From NCBI GenBank assembly GCA_965243395.1, contig CBDEUS010000002.1:672001-736000 (forward strand): 64,000 bases of DNA. Direction: 5' to 3'. Position numbers and translations under genes: made by a program. The notes under the pieces are model-generated. The model did not search any database. It worked only from the letters and a program-made list of their open reading frames with translations, and was not told where the DNA came from. This stretch comes from Gammaproteobacteria bacterium. GTDB taxonomy: Bacteria > Pseudomonadota > Gammaproteobacteria > UBA4575. Below are positions 19,006 to 28,188 of the stretch, in pieces. Position 1 is the first letter of the stretch, and every line of letters begins with the position of its first letter.

Positions 19006-19187
19006 AAAATTTAGTATTGCTGTTGTTTATCCAGAAGGTAATTTATCCAACAGCGATAGTAATAAAGTTGATACCACAAATTTTAAATGAATAAGACTAT
19101 ACCATTTAAGATTTTCTGCATTTATAGCTGCTTCTTTAATTTGAATTCCTCGAAGTAATCTATATTTGATATGCTCAATTTTCAATA

Positions 19188-19688
19188 GTGAGGGAAGTGA
19201 TGAATAATTTTAATAGTAAGACGATTAAGTACTTCATTATAAGTTTATTTACGATTTTGTTATTAGCCGCATGTTTAAATGATCAAAACAAGTCTACTGA
19301 ATTGAGTGCAGAAGAGATTCAAGAGAGACAACTTAAAGCATATGAAGATGCTGCAGCGGATCCCCGTCAGTTTAAAGCGGACTTGAAGGAAAATTGTCCG
19401 CACTTTGGCAATGCGCTATTAACTACTGCTGAAACCATTCAACTGGGTACACGTGTATTTAATGCAGGTGGTGTGAGCCTTACGAAACGAATTTATGAAG
19501 GTACAGTCTATAAGATATTGTTTACTATAAAAGATGATTGTATGAAATTAAGTGATGCGTTGCAGGCAGGGTTGGCTAAAGCCGCTGAAACCGAAGATCA
19601 CCATGATCAAGCTTGGGCTTTGCGTAATACCTTAGATTTAATTATGGGCGGCCCCCCTCTTAAACCCCCTGGCGCACAAATGAGATAA
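19188..19688 (+). CDS. Hypothetical lipoprotein
   Basis: LLAAC lipobox after a hydrophobic stretch. Confidence 0.7.
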   Translation: MREVMNNFNSKTIKYFIISLFTILLLAACLNDQNKSTELSAEEIQERQLKAYEDAAADPRQFKADLKENCPHFGNALLTTAETIQLGTRVFNAGGVSLTKRIYEGTVYKILFTIKDDCMKLSDALQAGLAKAAETEDHHDQAWALRNTLDLIMGGPPLKPPGAQMR

Positions 19689-19698
19689 TCGTTATAAG

Positions 19699-20088
19699 TT
19701 GATGTTTAGGTTAGCAGTAATTACTTTGTCTTTATTGTTAGTAGTTCCGCTCTACGCGGGTGAGACTATTGCAAATAATAAAGATAGTTTTGCTAAAGAA
19801 TATGCAACGCTTAAGACCTTGCTGCAAAAAGTTAAGAGCAGAGATTCTGCTGAATTATATAAGCCACAAATAGAGCAAGAATTGGCGCGGCTAAAATCAT
19901 CACAGCTGATTGCGGGTAAAGAGTATGATCAGCTTAATCAAGAAGAAAAAAAACTTTTTATAAAGAAATTTCAAAATAATCAATTTCATTGTGGGGAGGT
20001 TACACAAGTGATGGAAGAGCGAAGAAGGATATTATTAAACCCTGATCTTTACGAAATACTCGGACAATTAGTGCAAAACCTTCCTTAA
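19699..20088 (+). CDS. Hypothetical exported protein
   Basis: Signal-peptide-like N-terminus. Confidence 0.65.
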   Translation: MMFRLAVITLSLLLVVPLYAGETIANNKDSFAKEYATLKTLLQKVKSRDSAELYKPQIEQELARLKSSQLIAGKEYDQLNQEEKKLFIKKFQNNQFHCGEVTQVMEERRRILLNPDLYEILGQLVQNLP

Positions 20089-20110
20089 ATAAATTATATA
20101 TAGTATAGCT

Positions 20111-20740
20111 ATGTTCTATGCACGCAGAGACGCACAAAAATGTCTCGACATACGTGTGTGCCTATCACTACTTTTCCTTGTTTTTTTATTTGTTTTAACT
20201 GGCTGTGCTGCAGTTTTACTAAGTGGGCATTTAAGTTTTAATCATTATGAGCCCAAGTCCGGAACCTTCAAGTGCAAGTTGCCCGGAGGTGCGCTGAGTT
20301 CTAAATTAGAAATTAGTGATCGAAGTAATGATATAGGCGATACAGTAACGTTTAGTTTAAATTTGGGTTTGTTATGGCGTTTGGATCACTTGCTGATCGG
20401 TAAACATAAACTTGCAATGTTAGATAAGTCTGCCAATTCTCCAGAAGCAAGAAGATTGCAACTAGATCGAGCAAAAGAGGATTATTTTAATTTATATTTA
20501 GCTCAAAATACCGATTATGTAGAAGTTAAGTGGGAACAGTTTGATTATGTTGACGATGTAGAAGTGCTATTGGCAAATACATATATAAAATGGGATGAAG
20601 AGGAAGAGGTACGTGAATTATTGTTTTCAATCGATGGTGATTATTTAAATATTATTCACTTTGCGCAGAATTTATCTAGTAATTTACAAACAATCACTTC
20701 TGGAGCAAAAGGTTTTTATAAGAGCTGCGAATTTTTCTAA
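20111..20740 (+). CDS. Hypothetical lipoprotein-like protein
   Basis: Hydrophobic stretch ending in LTGC. Confidence 0.65.
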   Translation: MFYARRDAQKCLDIRVCLSLLFLVFLFVLTGCAAVLLSGHLSFNHYEPKSGTFKCKLPGGALSSKLEISDRSNDIGDTVTFSLNLGLLWRLDHLLIGKHKLAMLDKSANSPEARRLQLDRAKEDYFNLYLAQNTDYVEVKWEQFDYVDDVEVLLANTYIKWDEEEEVRELLFSIDGDYLNIIHFAQNLSSNLQTITSGAKGFYKSCEFF

Positions 20741-20758
20741 TTATGTAAATCAGTAGTT

Positions 20759-22240
20759 TTAATTTGCACTGACAGTACGAGTGCTGGCCCAACTTCTTAA
20801 TTGTTCAACTTTTTCTGCCATAACTACTGATAAAGGCTTGGTATTTAACAATTCTTCAAGCAGTTGTATTTGTTTGAGATGAGAATTTTCGGCATGTGCT
20901 GCGTATAGAGCAGAAACGACTGCTTGTTCGATTTCTGCACCTGAAAACCCTTCGCTAATCTGTGACAGTCTATCTAAATCAAAATTATCGGTTACCACAT
21001 CACGCTTGTTTAAATGAATACGAAAAATTTCTTCTCTGGTCTCGCGATCAGGCAAATCAACAAAGAAAATTTCGTCTAGACGGCCTTTGCGAATTAACTC
21101 GGGTGGGAGGGCTTCTATATTATTAGCAGTAATGGCTAAAAACACAGGGTGTTTGCGTTCGGCCATCCAAGTAAGAATAGTGCCTAGAACTCTATCGCTG
21201 GTACCTGTTGTATCGTCTCCGCTACTGATACCTTTTTCTATTTCGTCAATCCATAACACACAAGGCGACATGGTTTCAGCAGTTTTAATGGCATCGCGAA
21301 GATTTTTTTCCGTTTCACCAATAAATTTATTAAACAAGCTACCCATATCTAAACGTAATAAAGGTAAGCCCCATACTCCTGCAATCGCTTTGGCAGTTAA
21401 ACTTTTACCACTGCCTTGAACGCCAATAAGCAGCACACCTTTTGGTCTATCGAGTCCTTTCGGCGGTGATTCTGCAATAAATATTTCTTTACGTTGGCTC
21501 AGCCATTTTTTTAATTTGTTCATTCCGGCCACATCGGAAAATTTTGCGGTATCGTATTCAAATGACAGCCCATTATCACGGCTTAATAAACGATATTTTG
21601 CCGCCATAATTTCAGGTAAATCAGTTGTCGTTAAAGTGCCATCTTCTGCTATTGCTTGACGCGCTAAACGTCGCACATCTTGTTCCGGTAATCCGGTTAA
21701 ATTGCGCGCGAGCAAATCTACAACTTCATCATCTTGAATAACATTTTTATTATTGCTCTTACCTTGCCAACGAATCGCTTCCTGGATAACGATATTTCTC
21801 AATTCTTTTGTTGCCGGCAAACGCAACTCAAAATGTGCAACAAACTTTTCAAGTTCTGCAGGTATTTTTAGGTTGTGGCTTACAAAAACTAATGTATTGG
21901 GTTTTTCTTCATACTGCAGGGCAATTTCTTTAATAGTGCGCACATTAAATGGATCTTCCATGTAAGGATGAAAATCCATAAATAGATAAATGCCTGACTT
22001 TGAACCTCCTCGTATATGTTTAAGCGCTTCTAGTGGTTCCTTGTTAAATGCCTGCGGTTGCATGTTCTCAACATCGATTCTTTGCAGTCCCTCTGTGATA
22101 GCCCACTTATACAACTGACTGGGTAGCTCGTTGACTAACTGCATAAATAATTTCAGCACACGTGCTTCTTCGTGTGTCTCGATAACAATAATCGGTGTTT
22201 TGGATTTGATTAAGACCTTGAGGTCATTTAACTCATACAT
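20759..22240 (-). CDS. Ycf46-like AAA ATPase
   Basis: GVQGSGKS Walker A, LWIDEIEKG Walker B, LPPELIRKGRLDEIFFVDLP. ATG 22240 is the likely start. Confidence 0.88.
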   Translation of the reverse strand: MYELNDLKVLIKSKTPIIVIETHEEARVLKLFMQLVNELPSQLYKWAITEGLQRIDVENMQPQAFNKEPLEALKHIRGGSKSGIYLFMDFHPYMEDPFNVRTIKEIALQYEEKPNTLVFVSHNLKIPAELEKFVAHFELRLPATKELRNIVIQEAIRWQGKSNNKNVIQDDEVVDLLARNLTGLPEQDVRRLARQAIAEDGTLTTTDLPEIMAAKYRLLSRDNGLSFEYDTAKFSDVAGMNKLKKWLSQRKEIFIAESPPKGLDRPKGVLLIGVQGSGKSLTAKAIAGVWGLPLLRLDMGSLFNKFIGETEKNLRDAIKTAETMSPCVLWIDEIEKGISSGDDTTGTSDRVLGTILTWMAERKHPVFLAITANNIEALPPELIRKGRLDEIFFVDLPDRETREEIFRIHLNKRDVVTDNFDLDRLSQISEGFSGAEIEQAVVSALYAAHAENSHLKQIQLLEELLNTKPLSVVMAEKVEQLRSWASTRTVSAN

Positions 22241-22487
22241 ATTAAGAGTTTTTGTTTGGACTTGGTTTATATGGAACTGTTTGTATTCAGTACGTTTTAT
22301 CACCTAACTCATTAAATATGCAAGAAATCGCATACTCAAGTGTGCGATACGATGGATTACCCGCGTCAATCACTCCATTCAAGCATTCTCTAATGCTACT
22401 TTCTCAGCGAGTATTCAAAAGGCATATGACAGAATCAAAAGAAAATGTTGGAGGAATAAAACAAGCGACGGTAATATCAAAACCACT

Positions 22488-22871
22488 ATGGCTTCTGATT
22501 GTATTTTTTGTCGCAGAGTGGATCTAATTCATCAAGGCGAGTTAACATTTATTAGTGAAGATAAATATCCAGCATCACCTGGACATTTGCTCATCGTTCC
22601 AAACCGACATGTGCCGAATTATTTTGATTGCACTAAAGAAGAGATTGCAGAGCTTTGGCAAGCTGTTCATTTTGCAAAAGAGTTGGTTGAGAAAAAGCAT
22701 AAACCAGATTCCTATAATATTGGAATCAATGTAAGTGAAGCGGCCGGTCAATCTGTGCCACATACACATATACATCTAATTCCCAGATATAAGGGTGATG
22801 TGCCTGACCCTAGAGGTGGGGTGAGAAGTGTGATTCCAAAAAATCGAACTTATACGAGAACAAAGCAATAA
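22488..22871 (+). CDS. HIT family nucleotide hydrolase
   Basis: CIFC, PGHLLIVP and the AGQSVPHTHIH histidine triad. Confidence 0.9.
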   Translation: MASDCIFCRRVDLIHQGELTFISEDKYPASPGHLLIVPNRHVPNYFDCTKEEIAELWQAVHFAKELVEKKHKPDSYNIGINVSEAAGQSVPHTHIHLIPRYKGDVPDPRGGVRSVIPKNRTYTRTKQ

Positions 22872-22905
22872 ATTTTGTAATGCTGAATTCATGAAATAGT
22901 TATCC

Positions 22906-23979
22906 ATGACAAATGAATTAAGAGAAATTCGTATAAACCCCATCGTGCCTACAGAATCTGTTCTGGTCTCTACAGCACGAGGCCTTAGACCACGCAAAGA
23001 CGAAAAGCCGCTAGAAATGGGTACGGACTCCAGAATAGCAGAATGCCCATTTTGTAAAGGTAATGAGGATAAAACTCCTCCTACATTAGTTAGTTGGCCA
23101 AATGAAGAAAATTGGTCGATTCGTATTGTAGAAAATTTATTTCCAGTATTAAGTAATCAACAGCAAACACAAAATCTAAGTTTTGGTTTACAACATGTGA
23201 TTGATGGATATGGACGACATGAAGTGGTTATCGATCATGATAATCACTCAATACATATTGATCATATGTCGCAAGAACATATACAGGCATTATTTAGAAT
23301 TTACCGAGATCGAATGCAGTTTCTCTATAGCACTGATGAACGGATTAAATATGTTTTAGTGTTCAAGAATTTTGGTCCCGCGGCAGGCGCTAGTATTGCA
23401 CATACACATAGCCAGATAGTTGCAATGCCTGTCGTTCCTGAAAACGTTGCTAACGAGCTATATCATTCTCATATTCATTTTCAAAAATTTAATCAAAATA
23501 TATTTTCCCACCTGGTAGATGAGGTATTAACCTTTGAAGCAACGATTTATGATCGAGAATCCGGTGAGGTGAGAAGAAAAATTAATGTAGGTCAGTACGT
23601 AATAGAAAAAACTAAACGATTCATTGCGATTAAACCGTTTGCAAGTCGCTTTGAGTGGGAAGTACAAATTTTCCCATTATTTCCGCAAGCAGATTATCTA
23701 GAATGCAGTGACGAAGACTTAGAAGATTTTGCCTTTCTTGTTAAGCGTACAATGAGACGACTAAATAAGGTCATTGGAGGCGCACAATATAATTATTTTC
23801 TTCATTCCATTCCACATGGAGATGAATTCAACAAACATCAAGATAGCTATCTATGGCATTTAGAGATATGCCCTAGAACAAGTATTCCAACTGGATTTGA
23901 ATTAGGTTCAGGTTTGTTTGTAAGTACAGTAAGCCCGGAAGATGCCGCAAAACTCTTACGAGAAGTTGAAATTAATTAA
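22906..23979 (+). CDS. apt: GalT-family nucleotidyltransferase, probably APS:phosphate adenylyltransferase (ADP sulfurylase)
   Basis: CPFCKGNE, GRHEVVID, FKNFGPAAGASIAHTHSQ and GFELGSG. The N-terminal REIRINPIVPTESVLV resembles Thiobacillus APAT as I recall it. apr is nearby and no gal genes are present. Confidence 0.7.
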   Translation: MTNELREIRINPIVPTESVLVSTARGLRPRKDEKPLEMGTDSRIAECPFCKGNEDKTPPTLVSWPNEENWSIRIVENLFPVLSNQQQTQNLSFGLQHVIDGYGRHEVVIDHDNHSIHIDHMSQEHIQALFRIYRDRMQFLYSTDERIKYVLVFKNFGPAAGASIAHTHSQIVAMPVVPENVANELYHSHIHFQKFNQNIFSHLVDEVLTFEATIYDRESGEVRRKINVGQYVIEKTKRFIAIKPFASRFEWEVQIFPLFPQADYLECSDEDLEDFAFLVKRTMRRLNKVIGGAQYNYFLHSIPHGDEFNKHQDSYLWHLEICPRTSIPTGFELGSGLFVSTVSPEDAAKLLREVEIN

Positions 23980-26900
23980 TGTTCATATGACTTATAGCTC
24001 ACTCTAAAAAATAAACTATATAAGACAGGTACGAGTAACAAGGTTAAAAAGGTTGCAAATAATAATCCGAATATAATGGTGATAGCCATTGGCCGAAACA
24101 TCGCTGTACCGCCCCACCATAAAGGCATCATTCCTAATACTGTGGTCGCCGTGGTTAATAAGATCGGTCGAACACGTTGTTGACAAGCATCGATAATTGC
24201 GTGCCTAACCTCTTTTCCTAATTCTTCAATTTCAATTTTGATGCGGTCAATGAGAACGATGGCATTGTTAATAATAATGCCAGATAATGAAATCAATCCC
24301 AGTAAAGTAAAAAATCCCAACGAAGAGCTCGCTATCAATAACCCTACCGTAACACCGATGATGCCTAGAGGTATGGTTGCAAGAATAATTAATGGTCGCC
24401 TAACCGAGTTAAATTGCGCTACTAACAATAGTAATATGGCCATTCCTGCAATCGGAAGTTTAACCGCGATAGAAGCGTTGCCCTTCTCGGCTTCTTCGGA
24501 TTCCCCGCCTTCTGTGTAGTAATAGTCTCTTGGCCAGGTCTTTTGAGTTTCTTGTAACCAAGGTGACAGTGTTTTATTTACATCATTGGCCGTTGCATCT
24601 GTGCGTATCTTAGCTTTTAAAGTAATGGTCCGATCTCGATCACGGCGTTCAATCATACCCGGCTCAAACACTAAGCGAACATCTGCAACTTGTTTAAGAG
24701 GTACAGAGTTGCCTGTACTTTCTGAATACACACTAGTGCCATCTAATTTGCCAATATCTTGTCGGTCTGCAGCAATGGAACGTAAAGTGATAGGAATTAA
24801 TTTGTCTTCTTCGCGGAACTCGGTCATATCAATTCCGGTTAAACTTGCATTGAGAGAATAGGCGACATCATCGCTGGTCACCCCTGCGCGGCGTGCACGC
24901 TCTTGATCTACTTCAACGAGTAATTTTTTTGTTTGTTTGCCCCAGGTATTTTTTACATGAGTAACATCTTTATTTTCGTACAAATATGTTGTTACTTGAT
25001 CCGCTATTTTATAAAGCTGCTTTATTTCTGGCCCCGAAATGCGAATTTGTATTGGATAGCCAACAGGCGGACCGTTTTCCAACCGGCTCAATCTTAAATT
25101 TAGATCAGGATGGTTTTTCGCAGCGTATTTTTCAATACCTTGAATAATGACTTCTACATCTTTTCCATTTACTGTATTAGCAATAATAAAAGAGTTTGCA
25201 GGATTTTGATTGGGCGGGTTAAGTCCTAAATCTAAACGAGGCCCACCTTCGCCAACAAAGGTTAACCAGTTTTTTATTTTTGCTTCCCCATTACTGGGTT
25301 TATAAAATTCTTTGTAAATAAATTGATCAATATCTTCAATTACTGCTTGATTAGCTTCAATGGAAGTTCCCAATGGCATTTCTATTGCACCATTGAAGAC
25401 TGGATCTTCTGAAGGCTCAATAAAGGCTACCCGAACATAAGCCAAACCTTTAATAGCCGAAAAGAACAGTATTGCAACTAAAACTCCAAATAAAATTTTA
25501 TGTTTCAACACAAGAAGTAAAATATTTCTATATAGAGTGTAAAAATTACTATTAAACGCATGCAGATTCTCGGTACTCGAATTTTGTTTTCTACTTTTTA
25601 GGGATGTGGCTGACAACATGGGGATAAATGTCATTGCTACAAACCAGGAAACTAAAAGAGTAATGGTGACAACATAAAAAATATCTGAGGTATATTCACC
25701 TACCGCAGACTCTGCCAGCGCAATAGGCATAAATGCCGCACTAGTCGTTAAGGAAGAAGTCAATAAAGGCAAAAACAATTCTCGACCTGAGTCTATGGCA
25801 GCATTAATAGCGGTTAGGCCCGAGTCATACTTTACCAATATGGATTCCACCATAACGATAGCGTTGTCCACGAGCAATCCTAAGGAAATTATTAATGCGG
25901 CAAGTGAAATTTGGTTAATGGTAATCCCGAACACCTGCATGACGAATATCGCAATTATCATTGCGGTTGGAATCAGGCTGGCTACTACAACTCCAGTTTT
26001 AAGCCCCAGCATTATTACGATAACCACACATACAATGGCAATGGCTTGCAATAAGCTTTTTACAAACTCATCAACATTGGTTTTAACTAAATTAGCTTGG
26101 AACCAAATTTTTTCTAATTCGATTCCCCAGGGATATAGTGTTCGAATTTCGGGTATGACACGATCCAACTGTTCACCCAGCTTTAAAATATCACCGCCTT
26201 CACGCATCGAAATACCGATGGCAATAGTTGATTGCCCATTCGCGCGCGCCACACTTTCAGGCGGGTCCTCATAGTCTCGATATATGTTTGCTATATCACC
26301 CAAGTAGACCACACTGCCGTTAGGTGTGGGCACTACGGTTTTACGCAAGTCTTCAAGTGTTTCGAAGTTGCCTGTTGGTTCAAGTACTATTCTCTCTCTG
26401 CCAGTTAGAATGTCGCCACCAGATGAAAGAATATTTACCGTACCTAGTAAGGCTGAAAGCTGTTTAGGAGAAATGCCCAGCTCTGTTAATCTGGCATTGT
26501 CATACTCAACAAATATAGATTCTTTTTGAACACCATAAAGATTTACTTTTGCAACATCCGGGAGTTTCAAAATACGATCTCGAATATCATCTGCAACATC
26601 TTTTAATTCGGCGTAGCTATACCCATCGCCAGTAAGTGTATAGACACTTCCGAACACATCACCATATTCGTCATTTACAAAAGGATCACTTGCTCCTTCT
26701 GGAAGTTCTGCTTCAACATCATCCACTTTGCGACGTAAATCATCAAAGATAGGGCGCATTTCGGTGTATGACTCTAAGAAATTAACAGTGATAATGGAGA
26801 TACCATTACGCGATTCACTTTTAATGTAATCGACTTCAGGCATTTCCTGTATTTTCTTTTCAAGCTTATCTGTGACCAATAGTTCCATTCGTTCTGGACT

Positions 26901-27062
26901 AGCACCGGATAAAGTTGTGGTGATGACGGCAGCCCGAATGATAAAGCCAGGGTCTCTAGCTTTAGGTAATTGTTGATAAGCCAAAATGCCGCTTACAATG
27001 AGTAGTGCAATTAATATATAAACGACGCGGTCGAAGCGAAATGCAAATTGAGTGATGTTCAT
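23976..27062 (-). CDS. RND efflux permease (AcrB/AcrD/AcrF family)
   Basis: GLLVDNAIVMVE, GIIINNAIV and RVRPILLT; 1028 aa. Confidence 0.93.
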   Translation of the reverse strand: MNITQFAFRFDRVVYILIALLIVSGILAYQQLPKARDPGFIIRAAVITTTLSGASPERMELLVTDKLEKKIQEMPEVDYIKSESRNGISIITVNFLESYTEMRPIFDDLRRKVDDVEAELPEGASDPFVNDEYGDVFGSVYTLTGDGYSYAELKDVADDIRDRILKLPDVAKVNLYGVQKESIFVEYDNARLTELGISPKQLSALLGTVNILSSGGDILTGRERIVLEPTGNFETLEDLRKTVVPTPNGSVVYLGDIANIYRDYEDPPESVARANGQSTIAIGISMREGGDILKLGEQLDRVIPEIRTLYPWGIELEKIWFQANLVKTNVDEFVKSLLQAIAIVCVVIVIMLGLKTGVVVASLIPTAMIIAIFVMQVFGITINQISLAALIISLGLLVDNAIVMVESILVKYDSGLTAINAAIDSGRELFLPLLTSSLTTSAAFMPIALAESAVGEYTSDIFYVVTITLLVSWFVAMTFIPMLSATSLKSRKQNSSTENLHAFNSNFYTLYRNILLLVLKHKILFGVLVAILFFSAIKGLAYVRVAFIEPSEDPVFNGAIEMPLGTSIEANQAVIEDIDQFIYKEFYKPSNGEAKIKNWLTFVGEGGPRLDLGLNPPNQNPANSFIIANTVNGKDVEVIIQGIEKYAAKNHPDLNLRLSRLENGPPVGYPIQIRISGPEIKQLYKIADQVTTYLYENKDVTHVKNTWGKQTKKLLVEVDQERARRAGVTSDDVAYSLNASLTGIDMTEFREEDKLIPITLRSIAADRQDIGKLDGTSVYSESTGNSVPLKQVADVRLVFEPGMIERRDRDRTITLKAKIRTDATANDVNKTLSPWLQETQKTWPRDYYYTEGGESEEAEKGNASIAVKLPIAGMAILLLLVAQFNSVRRPLIILATIPLGIIGVTVGLLIASSSLGFFTLLGLISLSGIIINNAIVLIDRIKIEIEELGKEVRHAIIDACQQRVRPILLTTATTVLGMMPLWWGGTAMFRPMAITIIFGLLFATFLTLLLVPVLYSLFFRVSYKSYEH

Positions 27063-27066
27063 AATG

Positions 27067-28182
27067 TTAGTGGGTCAATACTTCTAAACCTTCTCTAACA
27101 ATATTTACTCCTGCAGTAACAATATGGTCACCCACTTTAATACCTTCTACAATTTCAATGCCTGAGGGTGTCAATTCACCGGTTGTTACAATTTGTTTTT
27201 TAATCAGGCCGACATTTTCTTTACCTGTTTGTTCAACAAGATAAACATAGGTGCCAGAATCATCTTGCCCCACTGCAACTGCTGGAACAATAAAATGTTC
27301 TTGTTGATTTGAATTTTCAAATGTGAAGGATACTTGTGCCGCCAGTCCAGGTCTTAAACCACTAGGCGTATCCGTAAGCGTAACAGTAACCGGGAAAGTT
27401 GTGCTGGCACTTGAAGCCACCCCTACTTCAGTAACCTTACCTGAAAACTTTTGGCCGGGGATAATACTAAATGTAACCACAGCATCCATATCATTTTGAA
27501 TTTGACCGATCACACTTTCCGGAATATCTAGACCTATGTCTAAACGATCTCCACAAGTGACCACTAAGATGGTTTGTCCTGCATTCACATATTCATTTAT
27601 TTCTGCATTTTTTTCTGCAACACCGCATGCTTCTGAAGCATACAAATTCGTGTAAGATACATTTAAGCGTGCGAGTTCTAAGGCTTTTTTTGAAGCTCTA
27701 ACTTGCGCAGCACTGGACTCTGCATTAGAACGGGCGGTATCTAATTGATCTCTTGAAATATTATTATTTTCATATAAACCTTTGATGCGTTCGAAGTTAG
27801 CTTTTGCATTTCTTAGCGTGGCTTCAGCTTGCGCAAGGTTTGCTACGGATTGCTGAGCTTGTAATTGATAATCAGAAGGATCAAGTGTTGCTATGAGTTG
27901 ATCTGCTTGAAGCCTATCACCCACTTTAATCTCAAGTGTTTGGATTGTGCCTGATACTCTAAAGCTTAAATTAGATTGTAAATCAGCTTTGGCGGTGCCT
28001 GAAAAAGTACGAGTTAAGCCATTTTCAGGTGTAGAAACCACCATAGATCGAACTGATCTTAACGCAACATCTTCTTCAGTCGATTCTTTATCTTGTCCGC
28101 AACCCCAAATGTTTACAATAAGGGTGGTAATCAAAAATACTTGAATAATTTGTTTCATGTATTGTTTCCTCAGAACGTACAA
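27067..28182 (-). CDS. RND periplasmic adaptor (membrane fusion protein)
   Basis: LSFRVSG, coiled-coil hairpin, GLRPGL; possible IWGC lipobox. Confidence 0.9.
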   Translation of the reverse strand: MYVLRKQYMKQIIQVFLITTLIVNIWGCGQDKESTEEDVALRSVRSMVVSTPENGLTRTFSGTAKADLQSNLSFRVSGTIQTLEIKVGDRLQADQLIATLDPSDYQLQAQQSVANLAQAEATLRNAKANFERIKGLYENNNISRDQLDTARSNAESSAAQVRASKKALELARLNVSYTNLYASEACGVAEKNAEINEYVNAGQTILVVTCGDRLDIGLDIPESVIGQIQNDMDAVVTFSIIPGQKFSGKVTEVGVASSASTTFPVTVTLTDTPSGLRPGLAAQVSFTFENSNQQEHFIVPAVAVGQDDSGTYVYLVEQTGKENVGLIKKQIVTTGELTPSGIEIVEGIKVGDHIVTAGVNIVREGLEVLTH

Positions 28183-28188
28183 TACGCG

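Noticed and set aside
22906-23979. Annotation as the galactose-metabolism gene galT
   Set aside because: No galK, galE or galM is nearby, and the sequence and sulfur context fit APAT better. It is not formally excluded.
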